From: Cloacibacterium sp.
GTDB taxonomy: Bacteria; Bacteroidota; Bacteroidia; Flavobacteriales; Weeksellaceae
Length of the DNA stretch: 48,722 bases
NCBI GenBank assembly: GCA_041909215.1
Contig: JAYRDY010000001.1
Location: forward strand, 1-48,722
Direction of reading: 5' to 3'
A model generated the notes under the pieces. It saw nothing but the letters and a program-made list of their open reading frames with translations, made no database searches and was not told the DNA's origin. The position numbers and the translations under genes were made by a program. Positions 35,137-43,213 of this stretch are shown one piece after another; the first letter of the stretch is position 1, and each line of letters opens with the position of its first letter.

Positions 35137-35703
35137 TTACTCGCCACCAATCATATGAGAGGCAACACCTTTCTTATTGGTAAGTTCTGCGATTGCAATA
35201 CCAGCAAAGTGAATTACGATGAATGCAGGCATCCAATAAATGGCGAGTTTGTGTATTTCTTCAGCTTTTTCTAAGATATCATCACCTGCTAATTCAAATT
35301 TAAGCATCATACCTGTTGCAGCTTCTATGGCAAGCAAAAGATAGAAGATTAAATAAATCGTTCCCTGAAATTTTTCTTTCCCTGAGGTAGAGCTAGAAAA
35401 AGGATTAGGGAATTTAATTCCTTTTACAAGCATATAAATTATTCTTAAAACATAGGCAAAAACCAAAATGTAAGCAAAATTAATGTGCCATTCAAACATT
35501 GGGTTGATAATGCTTTTTGCAATAGCCCGCACACTTTCTTCGGGCATTTGTAGCCCTTTTGCGGTAACTTCGTTATTAATGGCTGCGGAAATGGTTTTTC
35601 TGCCCATCCAATACATTCTTAAGAAACCTGTTGCGAATAATACAAACATTGAAAGCGCTATAATCCAATGTAAAAGTCTGTGAGATGCTGTAAATTTTTT
35701 CAT
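35137..35703 (-). CDS. Cytochrome b/b6 domain (b561-like) membrane protein
   Basis: Four TMs with His ligands RLLHW, EWH, EIH, IHFAG. Confidence 0.88.
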   Translation of the reverse strand: MKKFTASHRLLHWIIALSMFVLFATGFLRMYWMGRKTISAAINNEVTAKGLQMPEESVRAIAKSIINPMFEWHINFAYILVFAYVLRIIYMLVKGIKFPNPFSSSTSGKEKFQGTIYLIFYLLLAIEAATGMMLKFELAGDDILEKAEEIHKLAIYWMPAFIVIHFAGIAIAELTNKKGVASHMIGGE

Positions 35704-35714
35704 TTTTTTAAATT

Positions 35715-36935
35715 TTAATTATCACTTTTAAGTGCATTTATTTCTATGATTTTATCATTGAGTTCTCTCAATCTATCTAAGTATTTATTTTGAATTTCAA
35801 AAGCTTGCGTAATGAGAAGCGTCCATTCTAAATAGTTGATTTCTCCATTATAAAATTGATTATTAGCAGTTTTCAAAATACTTTCGCTGTTTTGTAAACC
35901 TGTTTTTTGGTAATAAGAAACCTCCTCATTCAGTTTTTGGTACAACCCGAAATTCTGTAAATATTGATTTTTAAGGTTTACCAAACCCAATTGGTAATTG
36001 TTTTCAGCGATTTGTTGGTTTACTTTTTGCGCTTCAATTACAGATTTTTGAGCAGAATTAAAAACAGGAAGACCAACGCCAATCACCCCAGAATAAAACC
36101 TTTTTGAACGATCATAAAATTGGTTGTCTGCACCGTTTCCGTACATCGTCATAGCGTTTACTCCCAGATTGAAACTTGGGGAAAGTTTACTTTTTTCAGC
36201 CTTCAACTTTGCATTCTGAATGTTTTTTTCTTGTTCTAATTGTTTTAAAACCAAAGGATTGCCTTGGTAATTAGCATTTGGATTTTCTACATTCAAAACT
36301 TTGTACTGTGTATTTTCATTTTGATAAAGATTACCATCATTAATTAAAAAACTTAATTTCTGAATGGCAATTTCTTTATCTTTTTCCAAAGATTTCAGTT
36401 GCATTTCTGCCTGGCTTCTAAGGTTTTCCGCAGTTGCTTTTTCCAGAAGGTTGCTTTCCCCTTTTTTTAATCTAAGCTCTGCTCTGTTAAAATATTGCGT
36501 GAAAATGCTGTCGGCTTTTTTAAGCAATTTTTTCTTTTCGTTGAGGTAATTTAACTCATTGTAAACCAGATAAATCTCTTTCTTAATTTGCCATTTTTGC
36601 AAATCGAGTTGAAGCAAAGAATTTTTGTATTCTTCTACAAGAACCGTTTTCTGTGCGTTGTAAAATTTTGGCAATCTTATGGTTTGTGATACCGAAATTT
36701 TATTGTCAACATAAGAAGAGTTCATTTGCCCGATTTCCCCAGAAATATTCAGCGGATCTATTATTGCAGCAGACTTTTGCATTTTGTTTTGATAATCAAT
36801 TCTTAAAGCGCCACTTTTAAGCGTTAGATTATTATTAAATGCTTTATTAATAGCGGTTTCTAAAGAAATAGGAGTTTGCGAGAATCCCAAACCGAAAAGT
36901 AAAACGGCTATACTATTTAATATTTTATTTTTCAT
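35715..36935 (-). CDS. TolC family outer-membrane factor (CzcC-like)
   Basis: Signal GFS|Q; GESNLLE, GLPVF, GEINYLEW. Confidence 0.92.
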   Translation of the reverse strand: MKNKILNSIAVLLFGLGFSQTPISLETAINKAFNNNLTLKSGALRIDYQNKMQKSAAIIDPLNISGEIGQMNSSYVDNKISVSQTIRLPKFYNAQKTVLVEEYKNSLLQLDLQKWQIKKEIYLVYNELNYLNEKKKLLKKADSIFTQYFNRAELRLKKGESNLLEKATAENLRSQAEMQLKSLEKDKEIAIQKLSFLINDGNLYQNENTQYKVLNVENPNANYQGNPLVLKQLEQEKNIQNAKLKAEKSKLSPSFNLGVNAMTMYGNGADNQFYDRSKRFYSGVIGVGLPVFNSAQKSVIEAQKVNQQIAENNYQLGLVNLKNQYLQNFGLYQKLNEEVSYYQKTGLQNSESILKTANNQFYNGEINYLEWTLLITQAFEIQNKYLDRLRELNDKIIEINALKSDN

Positions 36936-36984
36936 TTTTTGTTGATTTTAAGGATTTGTTCAATCTGATAATCAATGAGATGGG

Positions 36985-39900
36985 TTACAGTTGATATACG
37001 TCGTGTTCATCGCTTAATTCCTGAAGTTTTCTGTTTTTTTCAGGGAAATGTTTTTCAAACCAAATGTACATTACAGGTAGCAAATACAACGTGAGGTAAG
37101 TTGCCAATAATAAACCCCCAATAACAACGGTGGCTAAAGGACGCTGTACTTCTGCACCTTCACCAGAAGAAATAGCCATTGGTAAGAATCCTAATGAAGC
37201 CACGAAAGCCGTCATTAAAACGGGTCTTAGTCTGGTTTTTCCGCCAATGATTACTGCTTGTTTTAAGGTAGGTTGTAAGGTTTTTTGTCTGTTAAATTCA
37301 GAAATCAATACAATACCATTCAGTACAGCAACCCCAAACAAGGCAATGAAACCAACGCCCGCAGAAATACTGAAATTCATATCACGAAGCCATAACGAAA
37401 GAATACCACCAATAGCGGAAAGCGGAATGGCAGAGAAGATAAGCAAACCGTATTTTATAGAATTGAATGCGAAATAGAGCATCAATAAAATAAGCAATAA
37501 ACTTACAGGAACTGCTATGGATAAACGTGCTTTTGCTTGTTGAAGGTTTTCGAATGTTCCTCCGTATTTTATAGAATATCCTGTAGGTAATTTCAGTTGT
37601 TTTTCAACGTTTTGTTGCAAATCTTCTACTGTAGATTGTATGTCTCGGTTTCTCACGTTGAAGCCCACAATAATTCTGCGTTGTGCGTTTTCTCGCTGTA
37701 TTTGGTTGATGCTTTCCTTAAGATCTACATTGGCGACTGAGCTTAATGGGACATCTATTCCTGAAGGAGTGGAAATCAGCAGATTGTTAACGTCTTCAAT
37801 GTTTTTTCTTTGGTTTCCATCTAAGCGAACCACCAAATCAAATTTCTTTTCTCCTTCATAAACTGAACCTGTTGCTTGACCTGCAAATGCGGTGTTTACT
37901 ACGTTATTTACGTCTTCCACATTCAGCCCAAACTGAGACATCGCCTCTCGTTTGTAAGTAATCACGATTTGTGGCATTCCCGAAACGGGTTCAACATAAA
38001 TATTCTGAGCACCTTGTATTTTTTTAGAAATTTCGCCTAATTTTTCGGCATAAACTTTTAAAGTATCAAGGTTTTCTCCGAAGATTTTACAAACTACATC
38101 TTGTCTGGCACCCGTCATTAATTCGTTGAAACGCATGGCTACAGGATATTGAAAAGAGTAGGTTACGCCCAACATGTTTTTTTTGAGTTCGGCAGACATT
38201 TTTTCGGAAAGCTCATCGTAAGATTTCGCGGAAGTCCATTCTGCACGAGGTTTCAGGATAATCATCATATCACTTGCGTCAATCGGCATTGGGTCGGTTG
38301 GGATTTCAGAACTACCTGTTTTTCCAACAATTTTTTCAATCTCAGGGAATTTTTTCATTAAAATCTGAGAAGATTTCTGTACCGCATCGGTAGAAGTTTT
38401 CAGGTTACTGCCTGGTAAAACCCTGGTGTCAACAGCAAAATCACCTTCAGGTAAACTCGGGATGAATTCTCCGCCCAATCTGGTCATTACAAAAACGGCT
38501 ACGAAAAATACGCCTACAATTCCGAAGAAAATGATGTTGGGGATTCTTAATACTTGTGCTAATGAATAATCATAAAGCTTTTCTACTTTTTCCATCATTT
38601 TGTCTGAAATCGTTTTTTTGTCATCAATTTTTTTAGACAAGAAAAGCGAACTCATCATAGGTACGTAGGTTAATGAAAGGATGAATGCTCCTAATAATGC
38701 AAAGATTACGGTTTGCGCCATTGGGATAAACATTTTCCCTTCAATGCCTTCTAATGTTAGAATTGGTAAATAAACAATAAGGATAATGATTTGCCCAAAA
38801 ACGGCTGAGTTCATCATTTTGCTGGATGAGGTATAAACTTCGTCATCCATCATTGTTTGAGAAATTTTTTGATTTTTGAAGTTTTTTAAGTGTTGCAATC
38901 TGTGGAGAACAGATTCTACAATAATTACGGCACCATCTACAATCAACCCAAAATCGAGTGCTCCCAAACTCATTAAGTTACCAGAAACTCCGAAAATATT
39001 CATCATAATAATTGCAAAAAGCATTGCAAGTGGGATAATGGAGGCTACTAAAAAACCAGCACGGAAGTTACCGAGGAATAATACCAATACAAAAACAACA
39101 ATTAATGCACCTTCTAGGAGGTTTTTTTCTACCGTTCCGATGGCGTTATTTACCATTTTGGTTCTATCGAGAAAAGCATCAATTTTCACGCCTTCTGGTA
39201 GTGTTTTTTGGATTTCGTCTATTCTGGCTTTTACTTTTTTAATTACTTCGTTTGAGTTTTCGCCCTTCATCATCATTACAACAGCGCCAGCAACTTCGCC
39301 TTTTCCGTTGTACGTCATGGCTCCGTAACGTATGGCTTTACCGTACTGTACAGTTCCTATGTTTTTAATTAAAATAGGAGTGCCATCTTCTAGATTTTTA
39401 ACAACAGTGTTTTCAATATCTGGGATTTTCCCCATTAAACCCTCGGTTCTAATGAAGAGTACACTTGGGCCTTTTTCAATATAAGCTCCGCCCGTATTTT
39501 GATTATTTTTTTGAAGTGCATTGAAGACTTCGGTCATCGTAACACCCATTGATTTTAGTTGGGCTGGGTTTACTGCTACTTCATATTGTTTAAGATTGCC
39601 ACCAAAACTTGCAACATCTGCAACACCTTCTGTTCCTAATAATTGTCTTCTTACAACCCAATCTTGGATGGTTCTCAGTTCCATTGCATTATAGCGGTGT
39701 TCGTAGCCAACTTTTGGACGAATAACGTACTGATAAATTTCCCCTAAACCCGTAGAAATAGGAGCCATTTGTGGAACTCCTAAATTGGCAGGGATGTCTT
39801 TGGATACTTGTTGAAGTCTTTCCGCTACTTGTTGGCGAGCCCAATGTAAATCTACATCTTCCTTAAATACAATGGTAATAACAGATAGGCCGAAACGCGA

Positions 39901-40155
39901 AAAACTACGCATTTGTTTAATTCCGCCGATATTGTTATTGGCTTGTTCTAGTGGAAAGGTAATGAACCGTTCAACATCGGGTGCGCCTAAACTTGGCGAA
40001 ACGGTAATAATTTGTACTTGGTTGTCGGTAATATCCGGAACGGCATCAATAGGTAATTTTCTTACCTCGAAGATTCCGTATATAATTAAACCAAGAGTAA
40101 ACAAACCAATGATAAGTTTGTTTTTTATAGAAAATTCTATGATTTTATTTAACAT
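36985..40155 (-). CDS. czcA: CusA/CzcA family heavy-metal RND permease (CzcA-type, divalent cations)
   Basis: LPIDAVPDIT, TM4 GALDFGLIVDGAVIIVE, RLRPVLMTA, GAEVQRPLATVVIGG. Confidence 0.93.
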   Translation of the reverse strand: MLNKIIEFSIKNKLIIGLFTLGLIIYGIFEVRKLPIDAVPDITDNQVQIITVSPSLGAPDVERFITFPLEQANNNIGGIKQMRSFSRFGLSVITIVFKEDVDLHWARQQVAERLQQVSKDIPANLGVPQMAPISTGLGEIYQYVIRPKVGYEHRYNAMELRTIQDWVVRRQLLGTEGVADVASFGGNLKQYEVAVNPAQLKSMGVTMTEVFNALQKNNQNTGGAYIEKGPSVLFIRTEGLMGKIPDIENTVVKNLEDGTPILIKNIGTVQYGKAIRYGAMTYNGKGEVAGAVVMMMKGENSNEVIKKVKARIDEIQKTLPEGVKIDAFLDRTKMVNNAIGTVEKNLLEGALIVVFVLVLFLGNFRAGFLVASIIPLAMLFAIIMMNIFGVSGNLMSLGALDFGLIVDGAVIIVESVLHRLQHLKNFKNQKISQTMMDDEVYTSSSKMMNSAVFGQIIILIVYLPILTLEGIEGKMFIPMAQTVIFALLGAFILSLTYVPMMSSLFLSKKIDDKKTISDKMMEKVEKLYDYSLAQVLRIPNIIFFGIVGVFFVAVFVMTRLGGEFIPSLPEGDFAVDTRVLPGSNLKTSTDAVQKSSQILMKKFPEIEKIVGKTGSSEIPTDPMPIDASDMMIILKPRAEWTSAKSYDELSEKMSAELKKNMLGVTYSFQYPVAMRFNELMTGARQDVVCKIFGENLDTLKVYAEKLGEISKKIQGAQNIYVEPVSGMPQIVITYKREAMSQFGLNVEDVNNVVNTAFAGQATGSVYEGEKKFDLVVRLDGNQRKNIEDVNNLLISTPSGIDVPLSSVANVDLKESINQIQRENAQRRIIVGFNVRNRDIQSTVEDLQQNVEKQLKLPTGYSIKYGGTFENLQQAKARLSIAVPVSLLLILLMLYFAFNSIKYGLLIFSAIPLSAIGGILSLWLRDMNFSISAGVGFIALFGVAVLNGIVLISEFNRQKTLQPTLKQAVIIGGKTRLRPVLMTAFVASLGFLPMAISSGEGAEVQRPLATVVIGGLLLATYLTLYLLPVMYIWFEKHFPEKNRKLQELSDEHDVYQL

Positions 40156-40225
40156 TTTTACTTAATTTAAAAGTTGAAATATCTCATTACCTTAATAAAA
40201 GGATGAGTTTTTTAAAACAAATAAA

Positions 40226-40612
40226 TTAAATAAATTTTGGTGGCGGGTAGAAAGAAAATGTATTGCCTTCTGTGTAGTTAAGAATGTAGTAGAAATTTCG
40301 ATCTACTTTTTCAAAGAAAAATATTTTTGAAAAATTGAAATCAAATGTTTTTGGTAAATCCTGAATGGTAAAACTCGTGGCAGAAAAATCATGTGTTTTG
40401 AAGGGAAGTTTCATGTCTTCCTGGTAATCTTTATCTTTTTTAGTACCACTTAAATAATGGATTACGATAAAGTTTGATAAAGTTATCTTTGGATTTTCTA
40501 GTTTGTGTTCGTGGTAATGTTCTATAAAATCAGAAATTTTCAATATTTCTTTTGCCCCAGTAAAAGAAATGAGGTATAAGCTGATGAAAAATATTGAAAT
40601 TATTTTTTTCAA
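40226..40612 (-). CDS. Small His-containing conserved protein, putative regulatory leader of czcA
   Basis: TTG start 13 nt after TAAATTTG (40626-40633); IEHYHEH, IHYL, DYQEDMKLPFK, C-terminal SFYPPPKF. Confidence 0.78.
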   Translation of the reverse strand: MKKIISIFFISLYLISFTGAKEILKISDFIEHYHEHKLENPKITLSNFIVIHYLSGTKKDKDYQEDMKLPFKTHDFSATSFTIQDLPKTFDFNFSKIFFFEKVDRNFYYILNYTEGNTFSFYPPPKFI

Positions 40613-40769
40613 GGACTATTTTTTGCAAATTTAATCAAAAAATTAATAGAGAAAATCTATTTAAGGAAATTTAGAATTATTACATATAATATGACTTTTA
40701 GCAGTTTTAGAAATGAAATTAGATTAATGATTAACTTTGTTTACATTAAGAAAATTAAATACAATTACT

Positions 40770-41159
40770 ATGAAAAAAGTTATTTTAACATCTTTAATAG
40801 CTTCTGTTGTGGCTATTTCTTGCGGAAAAAAAGAAGAACCAGTAAAAGAAAGCACAGAACTAAAAGTAGAACCTACAGAGCAAGTTGCTACAGTTGCTAA
40901 AACTCCCGAAGAAGAAGGGAAAGATTTAATAGCTGCATCAGATTGTCTTACTTGTCATAAAGAAGATGCTAAATTAATTGGCCCATCTTATCAAGATGTT
41001 GCTGCAAAATATACAGAAAAGGATATTGATTTGTTGGTGGATAAAATAGTAAATGGAGGTAGTGGCGTATGGGGAGATGTACCAATGGCTGCGCATGCAG
41101 GTATGGATAAAGAAAATGCAAAAAAAATGGTGAAGTATATACTTACACTTAAAAAATAA
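40770..41159 (+). CDS. Class I cytochrome c (c551/c552-like) lipoprotein
   Basis: Start MKKVIL at 40770, lipobox ISC; CLTCH, IGPSY, GVWG, PMAAH; TAACTTTG promoter at 40732-40739. Confidence 0.93.
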   Translation: MKKVILTSLIASVVAISCGKKEEPVKESTELKVEPTEQVATVAKTPEEEGKDLIAASDCLTCHKEDAKLIGPSYQDVAAKYTEKDIDLLVDKIVNGGSGVWGDVPMAAHAGMDKENAKKMVKYILTLKK

Positions 41160-41188
41160 CAGTTTATAAAATTGTGATTTTAACAGAT

Positions 41189-41212
41189 GCAGCCTTTCGG
41201 GGTTGCTTTTTT
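41189..41212 (+). terminator. Intrinsic terminator
   Basis: GCAGCCT-TTCG-GGGTTGC plus T6. Confidence 0.8.
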
Positions 41213-41288
41213 ATTGTTAATCAGTAGAATCTTAAATTAAAATTCATAAAAAATCCTTAATTTTGCCTATTGAAAAAATAGTAAGAAA

Positions 41289-42986
41289 ATGTCTTTAACA
41301 GAACAAGAAATCATCCGAAGAGAAAAATTACAAAAGTTGACGGAAATGGGGATCAATGCATTCCCGGCAGAAGAATATAAAGTAACTGATACTACGAAAT
41401 CTATAAAAGAAAATTTCGAAGAAGGTAAAAAAGTAAACCTTGCAGGTAGATTAATGTCTAGAAGAATTCAGGGGAAGGCTTCTTTTGCAGAATTACAAGA
41501 TTCTGATGGTAAAATTCAGGTGTATTTCAATAGAGATGAAATCTGTACTGGCGAAGATAAAACCTTATATAACGAAGTTTACAAACACCTTTTAGATATT
41601 GGTGATATCATCGGTGTGGAAGGAGAGCTGTTCAAAACGCAAGTTGGCGAAATGACGGTAATGGTTAAAAATTTCAAATTATTAACCAAAGCACTTCGTC
41701 CGCTTCCTTTGGCTAAGGTTGATGAAAACGGAGTGGTACACGATGCGTTCAACGATCCAGAACTTCGTTACAGACAACGTTATGTAGATTTAACCGTTAA
41801 TCCTCATGTAAAAGAAATTTTTGTGAAAAGAACAAAATTGTTCAACGCCATGAGAACTTTCTTTAATGATGCAGGTTATTTCGAAGTAGAAACTCCAATT
41901 TTGCAAGCCATTCCTGGTGGTGCTGCTGCTAGACCTTTCATTACACATCATAACGCTTTGGATATTCCTTTGTACATGAGGATAGCTAATGAATTGTATC
42001 TAAAAAGATTGATTGTTGGTGGTTTTGATGGTGTTTACGAATTTTCTAAAAATTTCCGTAACGAAGGAATGGACAGAACACACAATCCAGAATTTACCGC
42101 CATGGAAATTTATGTAGCTTACAAAGACTACAATTGGATGATGGATTTTACCGAAAAATTATTAGAATTCTGCGCAATTCAGGTAAACGGAACTACCAAA
42201 GCTACTTTCGGGGAACACGAAATTGATTTCAAAGCTCCGTATCCAAGAATTTCAATGACGGAAGCTATTCAGAAATTTACAGGTTTTGATATTACAGGAA
42301 AATCTGAACAAGAATTGGCGGATTTTGCAAAATCTATTGGTATTGAAGTAAACGAAACCATGGGTAAAGGAAAATTAATTGATGAAATCTTTGGTGAAAA
42401 ATGCGAAGGGAACTTCATACAGCCAACTTTCATTACAGATTATCCTATCGAAATGTCTCCTTTAACCAAAAAACACAGAAGCAAAGAAGGTCTTACAGAA
42501 CGTTTTGAATTAATGGTTTGTGGTAAAGAAATTGCCAATGCTTATTCAGAATTAAATGACCCGATCGACCAAAGAGAACGTTTCGAATCTCAAATGGCGC
42601 TTTCAGAACGTGGTGATGATGAGGCAATGTTTATAGACCAAGATTTCTTACGTGCTTTAGAATATGGTATGCCACCAACTTCTGGCTTAGGAATCGGTAT
42701 GGATAGACTCATTATGTTCCTTACCAATAATGCTTCTATTCAAGAGGTTTTATTCTTTCCGCAAATGAGACCAGAGAAAAAAGCTCCTGCTATAGAATTG
42801 GGTGATGATGAGAAAGTGATTTTAGAAATACTAAATTCGCAATCAGATGCTGTGGAATTATCAATAGTTAAAGAAAAATCTCAATTATCTGGTAAAAAGT
42901 GGGATAAAGCCACAAAAAATTTAACAAAAAATAATGTTATTAAAATAGAAAAAAGTGATGATAATTTACTTATTGGCTTAATTTAA
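41289..42986 (+). CDS. lysS: Lysine--tRNA ligase (class II)
   Basis: RYRQRYVDL, YMRIANELYLKRL, FRNEG, YGMPPTSGLGIGMDRL; TAATTTTG promoter at 41258-41265. Confidence 0.99.
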   Translation: MSLTEQEIIRREKLQKLTEMGINAFPAEEYKVTDTTKSIKENFEEGKKVNLAGRLMSRRIQGKASFAELQDSDGKIQVYFNRDEICTGEDKTLYNEVYKHLLDIGDIIGVEGELFKTQVGEMTVMVKNFKLLTKALRPLPLAKVDENGVVHDAFNDPELRYRQRYVDLTVNPHVKEIFVKRTKLFNAMRTFFNDAGYFEVETPILQAIPGGAAARPFITHHNALDIPLYMRIANELYLKRLIVGGFDGVYEFSKNFRNEGMDRTHNPEFTAMEIYVAYKDYNWMMDFTEKLLEFCAIQVNGTTKATFGEHEIDFKAPYPRISMTEAIQKFTGFDITGKSEQELADFAKSIGIEVNETMGKGKLIDEIFGEKCEGNFIQPTFITDYPIEMSPLTKKHRSKEGLTERFELMVCGKEIANAYSELNDPIDQRERFESQMALSERGDDEAMFIDQDFLRALEYGMPPTSGLGIGMDRLIMFLTNNASIQEVLFFPQMRPEKKAPAIELGDDEKVILEILNSQSDAVELSIVKEKSQLSGKKWDKATKNLTKNNVIKIEKSDDNLLIGLI

Positions 42987-43009
42987 TAAATAATTAATAT
43001 AAAAAATCT

Positions 43010-43038
43010 AAAAACACGTCATTTATGACGTGTTTTTT
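43010..43038 (+). terminator. Intrinsic terminator after lysS
   Basis: AAAACACGTCAT-TT-ATGACGTGTTTT. Confidence 0.85.
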
Positions 43039-43213
43039 ATTATAATGATGTACATTTGTAGATATAATATTTTTAACAAGTTTATAAAATTATACATCAA
43101 ATGATTTAAAATTTTATTATTTTTAATAATATTAATTTAAAATTTTAACCAAATTAAATATTAATTATGAATTGCAATAACTTATTTATAGTTTTGCTTA
43201 AAATTTGTGAGGA

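Noticed and set aside
36936-36984. Frameshifted or broken czcA-tolC fusion (often fused in Bacteroidota)
   Set aside because: The TolC gene has its own ATG and signal peptide and CzcA is full length, so a natural split is more likely than a pseudogene
38876-39328. 150-aa antisense ORF and the other short opposite-strand or alternate-frame ORFs within long genes
   Set aside because: They are shadows of well-supported genes with no motifs or expression signals of their own
30296-40660. Metal cluster as a mobile genomic island
   Set aside because: No integrase, transposase, tRNA target or flanking direct repeats were seen, and base composition looks like the flanks
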